Below the pieces are notes generated by a model. The model saw only the letters and a program-made list of their open reading frames with translations. It did no database searches and was not told where the DNA came from. Shown in pieces: positions 38,601 through 50,899 of a stretch of DNA of 64,000 nucleotides. Source of the stretch: Catajapyx aquilonaris (taxonomy: Eukaryota); assembly GCA_000934665.2 (NCBI GenBank), contig KZ538256.1:1-64000 (forward strand), written 5' to 3'. Numbering within the stretch: position 1 is the stretch's first letter; each line of letters begins with the position of its first letter. Made by a program: the position numbers and the translations under genes.

Positions 38601-41600
38601 CCGGCCGTTTGGTTCGACGCGACGTCATGGAGACGAGGGGATTTAGGCATTTTTTTTTTAACCCGACGCCTTCAAAGAGGAATCCATACAAAACGAGGGG
38701 CGAAAAATTCTCGTTAATTTAAATCCCTCAAACGGCTCAGGTATCGGCGCCATTGAGTGCACACATGAATCCGGATTTCAAAGTAGCAAGTGAGGAACAC
38801 GCCAGTTACATGCTACACTCTCAATCGTATTACAGTAACTTCAACGTATATCCCAGTAAAGAAACTTACATTTTATTTTTTTACTCGGTAAGTTATACAA
38901 AGGCTGAGCTTCTCTGGGGAATTTAACCTCATAGGCACTTGTCACATTAATAACTTTCTAAAAACTTAATACTACTTATTTTCACTTTGTCTTTGAATAG
39001 GATTCTTCCACACAGACAAATTCGATTTTTGACACACAAATTCTTGAAGGAAAAAAAAAATCACTGCCCGAGAGTAATGTAGGAAAGGGTGACTGCGACA
39101 GCTAGGTGCAAGTGCGCATAGCTATACCCAACATTTATGCAAATTTTTGGTTTTCAAGTAGCCAGATCCTGCGACTCTCAACACCTGGCCATGACGCAAA
39201 GGGGTCATTATGATATTCATTTTTGGTGCCCCATTTATGCGCTTCCCCCCTCCCCCTCCGGAATGAGCCGTCGCACAGGGCCCAAGTCACCCAAAATTCC
39301 TGTGTTTTGCACTTTGCCCCCCCCCCCCCCCCCCCCCCCCNCCCGGCCCTGTAACTGGCGCTTGGTGAGAACCGACGCCAGGTTTTCCCACGGACCGCCG
39401 CCTCTTCTAAACTGGATGCGGTTGCAAGTCCTCGACCATGACCCAGATGATAATTGTCTCTCAGTTTGGCAGGAGTTGTGATAAACATGAGCCTTCAAAG
39501 GCCTCTTTGTGCAAGGAGTGGGGGTGTTGGTGCCGGGTTCGTGTAAACACTCGAGATGGGCACAAGGTATAGAAGAGGAGCTCCTTATCTGTTTCGCATT
39601 ACACTCGGAGCCATAGGCCTGGAAATCGATGAGACCCGCAAGTCCAGGCTGCTGCATTGCACGTGACATTATCTGCGCTGCGATTTTCCAGGGAGCCCAA
39701 ATGGAGCCGAGTGCCCAATTCACCTTAACGAGAGAAAACCTTGCCAGATGCAATTCCGACCCTCTCTCTAGACTCCGGGGTCTCTCGCCCCCCTCCAGAC
39801 GCGTTCAAGAGGTTGGAATTCGAATAACGAGAGGTGTTTGTCTGTCTCAATGCAGGGTGTCGCCAAGTTATTTGCTGATTTCTTATCAAAACTTGCTTAT
39901 GAAGCAAGCGCAACCAAATTGAACGGAGCTGACTTCATGCAGCCATATTCACAAAAGAATCGCTTGAAAAAAAAAAAAAACAGAAGCTATTCAGTATCCA
40001 CGTCAGTGCCTTCCTTCATAAGATTGAATACACAATGATGAAGCCCGATCTTTAAAAAAAGTAATTTAATAAGCCCAAACAGGCACCGCCAATAATGTCA
40101 CCTTTCCTTTTTAAAAAAAGAAAAACAACGTAACTAACAAGATAACCTGAGACTGCACAAAAACCAGTATACCAACCTCGTCAACGACAAATTGGGGACG
40201 AACAGGTCCACACCGGCAGCAACCTGCCCTATCCACACTGTTAATCAGACTCCTGCAGGTCAACAGTACCTGTAAGGTACACATAACCTCTTCTGCCTAC
40301 ACCTTCACCTGTACTAGTTTTCTTTTGTTCTGCAAGCCCTGCATCCCCCACTCTATATATCCTAGGCCGCTCCCAAAATGGCGCCGAAAGAGATTACCTG
40401 CTCCCTTTACTTTCCGACAAGTTGGATTCACTCCAAGGATGCACTCTATATGTTTGTGGAGGGGAGGATTTTCTAGCCTTTCCCGCTCCGGCTATTAGGA
40501 GGCTTTCCGGTGACGGATCAGGCAAAGACTGCCCATTTGTTACCCTCTTCCACCGCTCCGAATTGGCAATCATCAATATTGGGGAACATGGCTTTAGCTA
40601 CGTTCTAACCCAGATGGAGAAGAACTGCGCAGAAACCTGTATACCTTTTCATTAGAGCTAAGTCAACAACAAGATAGAACTTCTGAAATACGTTGTTTAT
40701 TTAGGTTTTTAAAAAAGCTACTGCTAATGATCAAATTCAACCAAGGGCGACACAAACACTTTAATTCCGCAAATTTTGCACAATTCAGTAAACATCATTG
40801 GCAGGGTACTGGAAGGTAACGGATCAGCAAATGCCATACATCCAAAGTCTATGGATCGGAAACCCCTGCTTTCCGACTCATCTCTCTTAATATATGCACG
40901 GCACAGTTAATCAAAAGCGAATCGCCCCCCTTTAATTGCCCGAACCAACATCAGCAAAACCGGACTTCCACAAAAAAAAAAAGAGTCGGTTTTTCCGATA
41001 TTCAATTTTGAAACCTCCGCCGGGAAAGTTTCCGGACTTCATCATCCACTCAGTTAAAACTTGGTACTGGTTAACCTCTAATGGTCCGGTCAGGTCCTGT
41101 ATTTGCTGTATTTTTATTTCGAGCCCATTTTTTTTTTTTTTGTGGGTACATATGCCATAAGTCAAGATACCCCGATCAATACTGTATTCACCAACTTGCG
41201 GCCAAATTTTCTGAGGAATCCTAATGACACCTGGTGGGAGGTTCACACCGGCCACAAAAACTTAAACTGTACAAACATTAGCGTTAAAACACACAAAAAA
41301 AAAAGGATGAGAAAGTTCCACGTTGTCTTTTCTCACAGAAAAAAAGCGATTCTATAGAATGCGGCGAATTGAAATGTTTGTTCCAGCTCGTGTGTAATTA
41401 ATCTCACCAATTTCCTTCCAAGTTCCTCCCAAATTTTCTCCCGCTTCCAATAAGATTAGTTCAAGCCGAGAAATCGGTCCACGTCACTCTTTTTCGGCCG
41501 CCACCAAATTCGACTGCCATTCTCCAGCGTTTAAAAAAAAACGCCGGACAAACCCAGGTTTAAACCAAAATTCCATACACTGCATGTAGATCCCCAGGTT

Positions 41601-42729
41601 AACTTCAAAAATCGTGCTGAACATAATTATACGACATTTATTCCACCGAGCCAAAAAAAAATTGCGCAAATTTGCCAGCAGCAGACTGGTCCACCGCTAC
41701 GAGAAATTACCAATTCCATATTCATGAGTTCAGCTCATGGAAACCGCCAGAAAGAGTACACTGCTCTTAATGTTCGCAAAACCTCACCTGAAAACGAGCT
41801 CATTGGCAAATTTGCCAAAAAAAAAAAACTCGACCTAACTGCCTGGAAAATTCGAGGTTCAATATTCTCCGCTGAAAATCAGAGACGCCGTAACGTCATC
41901 CGCATCTTTGCCATAAAACCGGTTCTTGTATGTTACTGGTCCTATAACCTTGCTTCTGGGTCATTAGTGCGAGCCAACTTGATGCAACCCGGATTTTGGA
42001 CCGACTTGAAAATCCGGGCCGAGCTGCCTTTTGTTTGCTGCGGAAAAAGTTAGGTGGTCCGTGCCAAATATGGCGTTATTTCTGCAAAATTTTGCTGGGT
42101 GGGTCAAACTTTTGCAAACTTATTTCTTTTTGGCATGATGGCGAAAGTGGTCAGTTCTGACACACCCTTTTCATTATACGCCGGAACTTTATTTTGACAT
42201 GTACATCCTACAGAAATTTCAAGACAGAATTACATACACCCACAGCACAGCCCAAAAAATCACCGACTCCTAGTCTATCTATTGGTCGATAAAAGCATGC
42301 CGATGTACCCCCTATGACGTGCGCTTTGTCGACTATACGTACACCAGAAGCGTTACCGGACGCCCACGTTCGCTACGGGGAAGCTTTCCATTCAATTACA
42401 GCAAGTGACAAGTCCCACATCCCCCCTCGACCCCCATTGTTGGGCGACGGTGCAGCTCGGATTGCGTCGCTTTTCTTTATGACAGCTGCATTTTTGGAAG
42501 CTCCGAACGGAACAAAAATAATCTTCGACCACAGACAAAGCACTGCGGCGACTACAAAAAAAACTAGAAGTTATGGAGCAGCAGGGTGCCGCAGTCAGAA
42601 AGACGTTATCACAGCAATACATGTGGTAGTAGAATTTTTATGGTTAGAATCATTGCCGCACCTCCAGAAATTTACAGCATCTATTTCATACACTTTTTTT
42701 TGTTATGCGTGTGTGGGGGTGTTTTTTTT

Positions 42730-42799
42730 GTGGGGGGTAATGTCACGGGACAACCCATTTTTTGGTGGGGGGTAATGTCACGGGACAACCCATTTTTTT
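42730..42799. repeat. 35-bp tandem duplication (2 near-identical copies)
   Basis: GTGGGGGGTAATGTCACGGGACAACCCATTTTTT occurs at 42730 and 42765, followed by degenerate GGACA.CC...TTTTT partial units. Confidence 0.9.
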
Positions 42800-45700
42800 G
42801 GGACACCCACTCATTTTTGGACATCCCAATTTTTTTTCTCCATAAGTCCCAAGGTACCCAGATGAATCCAGGCTTTCACCTACACCCAGTGCAGATCCTG
42901 TATGCGTCTTAAATCCCAAACCCATGTCATCCGAAGCGATTCGCATCCTTCTCCTTGTCAAGCCCGAGCTCACCAGCGGTACGCGCTACTTACATAGATT
43001 GAAACAGTTTGCCAAAGACATCCCTGAGCTCCCTTATCATTCCGCCCTGGAGCCCGACACCAGTCACTAGAGTGTTCCAGAGGTGGTTAATGGAAGCTTC
43101 CGACTGCCAAACAGCTTGGGAAAGAAGAACTTTGAAGAGAGTCGAGGAAAAGAAAAAAAAGGGTGTCGGCAGAGGTGGATTTTGTTGGAGGAGCGTCTGC
43201 TAAATATTTATGCTGGACTCCTCTGTGACTATTTCCTTCGTGGATTTTCTCCACTGAGCACGTGCCTGAAAATGTCTGAAATATACAATGTGACGTGGGC
43301 GATACTGTTCGGAAGAGGCCAAACTGTTTGTCGCTTAGGGGACATTCAGTAGGATGAAGGGCAAAAGTGCATCAAAATTCTAACATGACCTAGAGCGCAA
43401 TGTGCACTAAAATGTTGAGTGTAAATCGTGTGGTGGGTGGAGATTTGGACTGTTTTTTATCTAAATTGCTGCGGGCTCGGAGCTCCAGCTCGAATATTTT
43501 TTTTCTCTCTCTCGCTCGAGTCACGTACATTCGGTTCTCTGGTCAAAAAAAAAAAGTTCCACACACTTGCGATTCACAAATATATAATTTTTTCCTGTAA
43601 AAAAAAACAGTGTTGGCAAAGTGCGGCAAAAGGACTATAGTGGTGGCACTACAGTTGTAGGATATCAGTTTCAAATTTTGACGACCTTGTAAAAGTATCG
43701 TATTAGGTTACCTAAGTAAACTGAGACACGAATATGGGCCACTTGCTTCTCTACCCCAGTCAAAAATGGACCAAAACGCATTAAAAATTTACCAACCTTA
43801 ATGTAAACGCTGCACACCCCCATCCACGAAAAGTGGCACTTGATAACACAAATTTCTAGTTGCAATCAATCAGTGGAGTGTTCCAGCATACTAAAAACGT
43901 GGTAATTAGACAGCGAAACACAATTGGCATAATTGGTAGCATGGACGCGTCAAAAATATTAAAAACTGGCAATGCTGAATTATGCCAACTGTTACAATTA
44001 CAAACATGCTGCTAAGACTGTCAGTTAGTTAATGTGAACGCACAATAATCGCCAGTACAAACAATAGATTTTTATAGAATACTGTCAACGAGCGAGCACC
44101 GCAAAATGACCAGGGCGATAAAACAACCTCCATTTCCCTGAAAGTGTGGATATAATGTCATGTGGAAATGACACCATAGTTATCTGCAATGCCCCACGCG
44201 AATTCCTGCATACACTGCAAAAGTTAATCCCCAGAGTTTCATTGGCTTGATTCATTTTCTTTGAAGCCAACCGTGGTTCCGAGCATCACAAAGTAAATCA
44301 ACTATTCCATTAAGTTTCATCTGGATCGAACCCCGTGTTCGTGAGCCCCTAAAACCGGATAGTTTGATTCCGGTCACCCCAGTATAGAAAAGGGGGGAAA
44401 CCTAGGAGATGAGACACCCTTCCCCACAAAAACCTGACGTGATGCCAAAAAACCATGGGTCGGAGGAGCCAAGCTGGAGCCTCCGAGTCGTAAATACAAA
44501 TCCGACGTCTAAAAAGCTTCCACTTTGCAGCCGGAAAATAAATGGCTTCATTTTCTTTTCCCTTCACCCATGATATTCGAACAAGAACTGGACGACATCG
44601 GCAGGAAAAGTTACAGAAAATCGTGATTTAGGATAACCCCCACGACTTTCGAAGAAGAAAAAAGATCTCAGGTTGATCAAGACCCAGAATGACCGTCAAC
44701 ACCGGAGACTGAACTCTTCGTTATCGGTTAGCTGACCCGAATCACTCCTCCTTGGAAACTTAATTACCACTCTTGCAACCTCTAACGTCATTACCTTTGG
44801 CGACATTATTTTTTTCTCAACGACTTCCACGTCTGAAGTCTCCTCCACTAGTCACAGAGATAGGCGCTACCCATCCTCTGAAAAGCGTGTCTCCCAAACC
44901 GAGACGAAAAACTTGCCAGAGTCCCCGAGGCGTCCATCCATCAGACTCCCGAGATGTTGCCGCGACCAGTCACATTTTCTCCTAGCTATAGCCAAAATGT
45001 GTCGTGGTCCCCTAGACGAAGAGGCTGAGTCAGATGTGGCCATTGGACCTCCTAGATAGGACGGAACATCCCCCACACACAAAAAAAACGAAAAGTTCTT
45101 TTGCTGCGCACATTCCCTAGAAATAGCAATGTCGAGCGCATAGAATTCATGGCGCACCTCTGATATCCGGAGCTTTTATCGCCGCATGTTGTGGATTTGT
45201 TCGATGTCACGTTACGTGCCTGGTAATAGTATGGTAGTTGGGTGGCATATATTCCAATGCGTTGACGCCCTTCAGGACAGAGGCAGTGTGGATGGCAGGT
45301 TTTCGATCCAGGGTTAATATTACAAGTGGGTCGTGCCACCGTTACGGACGTGACGGCTGGGCGTGACTGGACGTTTAATTTGAGTCCGCAGAATTTATTT
45401 GAGAGCAGCGTCAATATGCAGGAGAGCTGGAGGGCAAAAATAATGGCAACACTGTTCTGGCAGAATGAATATGGCGCATGTTTACGTAAATGTAGCGTCA
45501 AATCCGTCAATTTTTGGCGTGACGGATTTTTAAAAAAATGTACGTATAAGTCGGGGATTGAGTATATTCTCTCCCACACAAGCAGCATTAACCTACTTTA
45601 AATATTAAAAGCATGCTACAACGATCCGTTGAATTACCTTATTAATAAGTAATGCTGCCAAAAACTTAATATCTACATCAAATCCGGTCCCTAATCCTGC

Positions 45701-48700
45701 AAATTTCAGCAACCTCTCCATAAAATAAACGAATTTACCTCCCAACTCCCGAATACAGTATATAGCAAGATCCTAAGTAGCCTTGGAGCGCTTGCTTGGC
45801 AGCCAGCCTCCATTTCGCTCGCTGATATTACACACCCTACTTCTTTTTTTTCTTTTCTTTTCTTCCTTACTTTTTTTTATTATGAACACAGCAGCAGGCA
45901 TGTTTTCTAGCCCGCGTCCTTAGAAAAGACGCTGAAACCATTTTCAACTCGCATTCACCAACGACAGCCCCTGCTTTCTTTCGCAACCCGATATTGGTGC
46001 CGCTGTCTCTTTACCAGAATAGCTTCTGTCATTCTTTTCCCGAATGAAATATAAGAACCTCTAAGCAATGATTCACTTCTTTTATCCCCGCTGCCGCCGG
46101 TAGCAATATGTTGCCACAAATCCTCCATTTTTTTTTTTTTTTTTTTGGAGGCCTCCAAAGACCGAGTTGGGGCTGAACGAATTAGACTTGCAAAATCCCA
46201 GCTATATGGTGCATAACCGCCGCCTTTTCTTCCAATTAGCAACATTTACGATACCGAGTGCCACACAAATTCCTGTAATCTGATTGGATCAGGGACAAAA
46301 CTAGGGGGTGGAAAGACTTGCCTTTCCTGGAGCTGGTTAATTTTCCTACTGTACATTCCCATCGAGTGCCAACTGCAGCCAGACTTAGTAGCCCGCAGCA
46401 CCCTGCTTAAGCCCTCTCCTCACAGAATCCCTCAACTTCTCTCCGGCAGATATTGAGTCGAACCAACACTCGCTCTGGAGCCTGGGATTTTCCTACCCAC
46501 TGCCATGTTCTCGAGGTTTTTCTTCCCCTGAAGGGACACACACCCACACAGACAAAAAAAAAAGAGGGTGAAGGTGGTCCCCTCTATATCCCCCAGAGGC
46601 TGAACTGAGTGGACAAGGGCCAGATGGAAGCAACCAGCCCAAAGGCAATGGACGACGTGCTTCCCATTCCTCTTTCAAGAGCCTATTTCGGATCATATAT
46701 GTCCAGGGTTCTATTCTTCGAGGCTGACGAATAGCAAGCAATCAGCGGCTCAAGTGTGGAGTTCGATAATTTGGCGCGGGATGGCGCAGTGCGCGTACTG
46801 TGACGTCACAAAACCACGGCAGACGGCTCATTTAACGCCTGACGTGTCACGCGCGAATTTCGTCCTTCCCGAACACGTCCGATAAACACTTTAAACGACA
46901 GTATGTTGACTCAATCATCGATGGACACCGCGCTATACGATAAATCAATTTTTTCGGCTCTATATTGCATCAGGCCCGTCGTCTCAAAGTTGATCCAAGT
47001 CAATTGGGACCCCGGATCTTATCGAAAAGGACATAAAATGTACTGGACACGTGCAAACAGCATAACTCGATTTCATTGTTCATTGCACTCACTATGTTTA
47101 CTTTTCCATCTCTTTCATGTCACGCATCGCTCAACCTAAATTATAGCCGTGCTCAAGTATCAGCGAATTCGTCGAATAAGCTGCTGCCATTCATTTCACT
47201 CCCAGATAAGCACCACAAGTTGCCTTTTCGGCGCTCCCTGACGGTACACATCCTATTCCGGAAAATATAGGCGATTCTCCTACTGCCTACCCATTATTAT
47301 TCCCGCCTCAGGAGGCTTTGTAACTTGCCGGTAAAAGCCTTTTGCACTATTCCCCCCGGAAGGCGCCGCCATTTTAGACGGAGACGCCCTCTAAGTCTCA
47401 AATTTTACAGTTTTACTGCACAACTCTCTTTTCGGAAAAAAATCGGGCCAAACTGCTATTTAACCGCACTGCGCTTTTTTTTCGACTTCAAAAAAATGGT
47501 TACGTGCCCCCCCCCCCCCCCNTTTTTTCTTCTTCTTCAGAGGGGCACCCTATTCTCAACAGCATTCCTATGAAAGAGCACTCCACTTAGAAAGCTTTGC
47601 CACCTTAATGGCCAATAAAGGACCGGGTTGACAGTTGAGCCCCGTTCCGAGGTTTGATATGTGCCGATTCCGAGAATTCCCATTCCGAGAGACTTTTCTA
47701 GGCCCTCGCTTTTTTTTTCTTGAAGAACCTGACTCTTTTCTATCTAGTAGGATTTAACTGCGGCGAAGGTCTCCAGATGTGCAGCTTTTTTGACATATCA
47801 GTTAGAATGGGATTGAGCAAGTGTCGCTTCGTTAAGAAAAAGGGAGCCCTTCAACAATGGCGTCTGCCCAATTTTCAACCTGACCCTGGTCATATGGCGG
47901 CGCCAGTGTTTTAATGGCTTCCTACATTGGCAATGCCGCTCTCCAAACTTTAATTACGGGGGATGGTTCAAGTCCCAAACGGGGAAAGGAAGTGCGCGAA
48001 ACTCGACCCGACTTGTCCTAATTAAAAGAGCAACATTACACTCCCTCGAAGAATCTTGGGACGATTTAGGCCTCGCAGCATGTGGCAAAGTATTACTAAA
48101 ACTTCCACCCCTCTGCTGCAATGCCTGCATCGCCGGATCCGCGTAATTAGCCTCAATTAGGCGCCATTTTCAAAGGGAATTTTCCAGCTAATTCATATCT
48201 ACCTGAGCGATTTTTTTCCCCCCGCCACTATGTCCACAAATATTAAAAAACTGCCCATTACGTCAACATGTAGCTGCCCCGAAATGGCATTATCTTGTAC
48301 GTTGCGTTCACAGGCCACGTGGGACTCCCTACATGTGTAAGCATAACTTGTTCACTCTTTCGTTTTTTTGCAAATATTCGCAGACCCGGAAATGAGGCGA
48401 CCTTGCCAACGGATGATCAATATGCTTCCGCCTCTGGCCATCAGGAGGGTTCGACACATGTATGGAGCACCCATGAAATCAGTGGGTGCGACCTACTTTG
48501 CAATTTTTCGCACTTTTTTTTCTGGCCGACCAGGAATCGAACTCAAATCCCTAGAGAAAAACATCTGGTACACCACTTCCTGGCTGGTACACCCAGCCCC
48601 CTCCGGATGGAAAATAATGTATCACCCAGCGCCAAAAGGTTCTTTCTCTTTCCCTAGGGTGATTAATTTAATAACCCCCCCCCCCCCCCTCCCGTACCGC

Positions 48701-50251
48701 CCCCCACCTAGGGCATAGCAATCTCAACGGTAGCCAGCATCGATTTTTCACCGTACAACAATGCAGATCTGGTCCACCCCCGCATCCGCTCACAGGATAT
48801 CCTGCACCCCAACAAGAAAATCGTCGCCCTATATTCGCAAAAAAATATATATATTCCTGGTATCGTATACCCCCGTACCCTCCTGAAAATTTCCATGAAG
48901 AGATGCAAGGATGGGAGCTGTGATAATCCTCGAGCCTAATGAGACAGACAGGAATTTATAATTAAGCCTGCAGAAGAGCTCAATTATTACTGAATAAATG
49001 CGTGTGCCCCGTTCCAAGGAATCGATTAGGGGGGATACCGGAGAGCCCTCTTTAGAACACGCCGTTTCATTTCCCCATGCAAAATGCCCCCCTTCGTAAA
49101 TGGTGCAGGGATTTTACATTTGCAGAATCAGAAGTTAGGATGAGGATACTTCCCACGTTCATTTCACGCATTGTACTACCGCAGTGTTGAAAACTTGGTA
49201 CGCGTTACACATACATAGTGTGAGCTGCTGATATTAGAATGGATACATTAACATAATAATAAACAGTGTTACAGTACCCATCGCCAGGGGAACCATATGC
49301 GAAACAACAGATTTGTCCAGAATTGGCCTCCGCAAAAAAAAAAAGTGGGTGGAACTATCAGTGCCTAAAGGAGAAAACGTAAGAGATTGACGCTAAGGCA
49401 CTCTTCGGGGAACGATTGAATATCGACTTGCCAATAAACGAACCAGGACGGCTCGCAGCCGTCGGATGGTGCCTGGGGGAAGGCGGGGGAGAGTTTTAGG
49501 GAGGAGGGCGGGAGTGGGAGCCAATCTGCCCGTCCATGTCCAAAATCCCAGCCAGAATAATCGAATTCCGTAATGCAATGATGTCCATAATCAAGCCTCC
49601 GCCCGACGCTCGGTTTCAACAACCAGCTCAACTTCCCCCAAACTAGGGAGGAGGAGGAGGAGGCAAACCCAGGCTATCCTTTCCTTCCGGTGGGACTAAT
49701 TATTCCGCACAAAGTCCGCCAGACTTCATCTTTGGTAGCAAGAAGTGTGGCCAGAGCCAAGAGGGATTCCCAACAACAAACGCGGAAGACATCATCTCTC
49801 AGCCTCGGGGTTGACACTTGGAATGGGACAGTTTCGCGGTGGTGCGACTCAGAAAAAGGTACAAATCCCACAGCGACCCCCAGTCTGCTGGATCAATGTT
49901 TCAAACAGGCCTGTAACGCCTTGAGTGCTGAAACAATAGGTGCTTGAAAAACCGTCACGTGGAGTAATTAGAAGTCTGTCAATATTGGCGAAACCAATTG
50001 CGTTGAATAGTTTAAGGCAAAAGACTGGGAGCTACAAATTTTTCATGCAGACAGCTCTAGAACAGGAGAGAAAACATGCGTTGCAAAATTCAGGCCCTCT
50101 CAGGACCCTTTCCCGGCAAAAAGGGGGTCATATTTCACGACCACTTAAACGCAAACGTTAGTCAGTTTGGCCGCGAGTCGAAAATTCCAAGCACCTTCTG
50201 CTGCAGCAGGATCCGCTCGATACACGTGGCAACCCCCACGTGAGTTCTTAC

Positions 50252-50851
50252 CTGTCCAGAGTACTGCAGGCCCCCGTTGGCAAAGTGGAACCGGTAAGGC
50301 GAGTGGACTGGACATGCATTTCGGTAGGGGCTGTCCATAACCGGCGTTGGGGGATCAGCCGGCACCCACAGTGGTTGCCTGGGTTGCGGGTGGTGAGGGT
50401 GGTGCGGATGAGGGTGCGGATGATGGTGCGGATGCGGGTGCGGGTACTGGTAGTGGTGCGGGGGCGGAGGGAGAGGGAAGGGAGGTGGGAGGGCGTAGGG
50501 GGAGGAGGCAGGTACGGAGGGGGGTATGGAGGACCGTCGCAGGTGCCGTACGTCAGGGTGGATCCGGCTGCTGCTCCTGGCGGGGCACCCATCCACGTCC
50601 CACTCCAGGGTGGGGCCGGGGCAGGGACAGGGTCCCGGGCAGGGGCAAGGGCAAGGGTGCGGGCAGGGGCACGGCCGTGGGGGGAATGGAATGAAGGCGG
50701 GCGCCTCCGTGTACCCCCCAGAAATGTGGGCCCTCAGTGTGGTGGTGCGGTACGCTGCGGCTCGCGAGCAGCAAACTGGCCGCCGTCGGCACCGCCCGCG
50801 ATGCCCCAAGACACGTCCCTCGACTTGGCCCCACCAGCCAGCCACACCGAA
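50252..50851 (-). CDS. Putative coding exon of an unidentified large gene; Pro/Cys-repeat and Pro/His-repeat low-complexity region ending ...MDSPYRNACPVHSPYRFHFANGGLQYSGQ
   Basis: This is the most GC/CpG-rich block I could see in the window. The frame is open for 200 codons. The (PH)n and (PC)n repeats vary mainly at synonymous third positions (CAC/CAT, CCG/CCT/CCC, TGC/TGT). The 3' end is a consensus donor CAG|GTAAGA in phase 0 at 50252/50251. The 5' boundary is uncertain: candidate acceptor cgctcgctctgtctAG| at 50852 (giving a 600-nt phase 0-0 exon), or a transcription start. The only in-frame ATG is at 50338. Confidence 0.62.
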
Positions 50852-50885
50852 CTAGACAGAGCGAGCGCCGGCTCCTCATCACCCG

Positions 50886-50899
50886 GTTGCCATGACGAC
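50886..50899. promoter_or_regulatory. X-box-like (RFX) motif just upstream of the exon
   Basis: GTTGCC-AT-GACGAC fits GYTRYY-N1-3-RRHRAC. It lies ~35 bp upstream (minus-strand sense) of TCTAGTT, which resembles an arthropod initiator. Motif match only. Confidence 0.3.

Larger units (their letters stand above)
1..50251 (-). other. Inferred giant intron (>50 kb, continues beyond window start) downstream of the coding exon
   Basis: Begins at the GTAAGA donor at 50251. No further convincing coding exon was recognised. It contains RS-B and RS-C on the same strand. Small exons may have been missed. Confidence 0.5.

Noticed and set aside
41782..41800. Minus-strand ctcgttttCAG|GTGAGG as a fourth recursive site
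   Set aside because: Short pyrimidine tract with an AG about 12 nt upstream; much weaker than RS-A/B/C.
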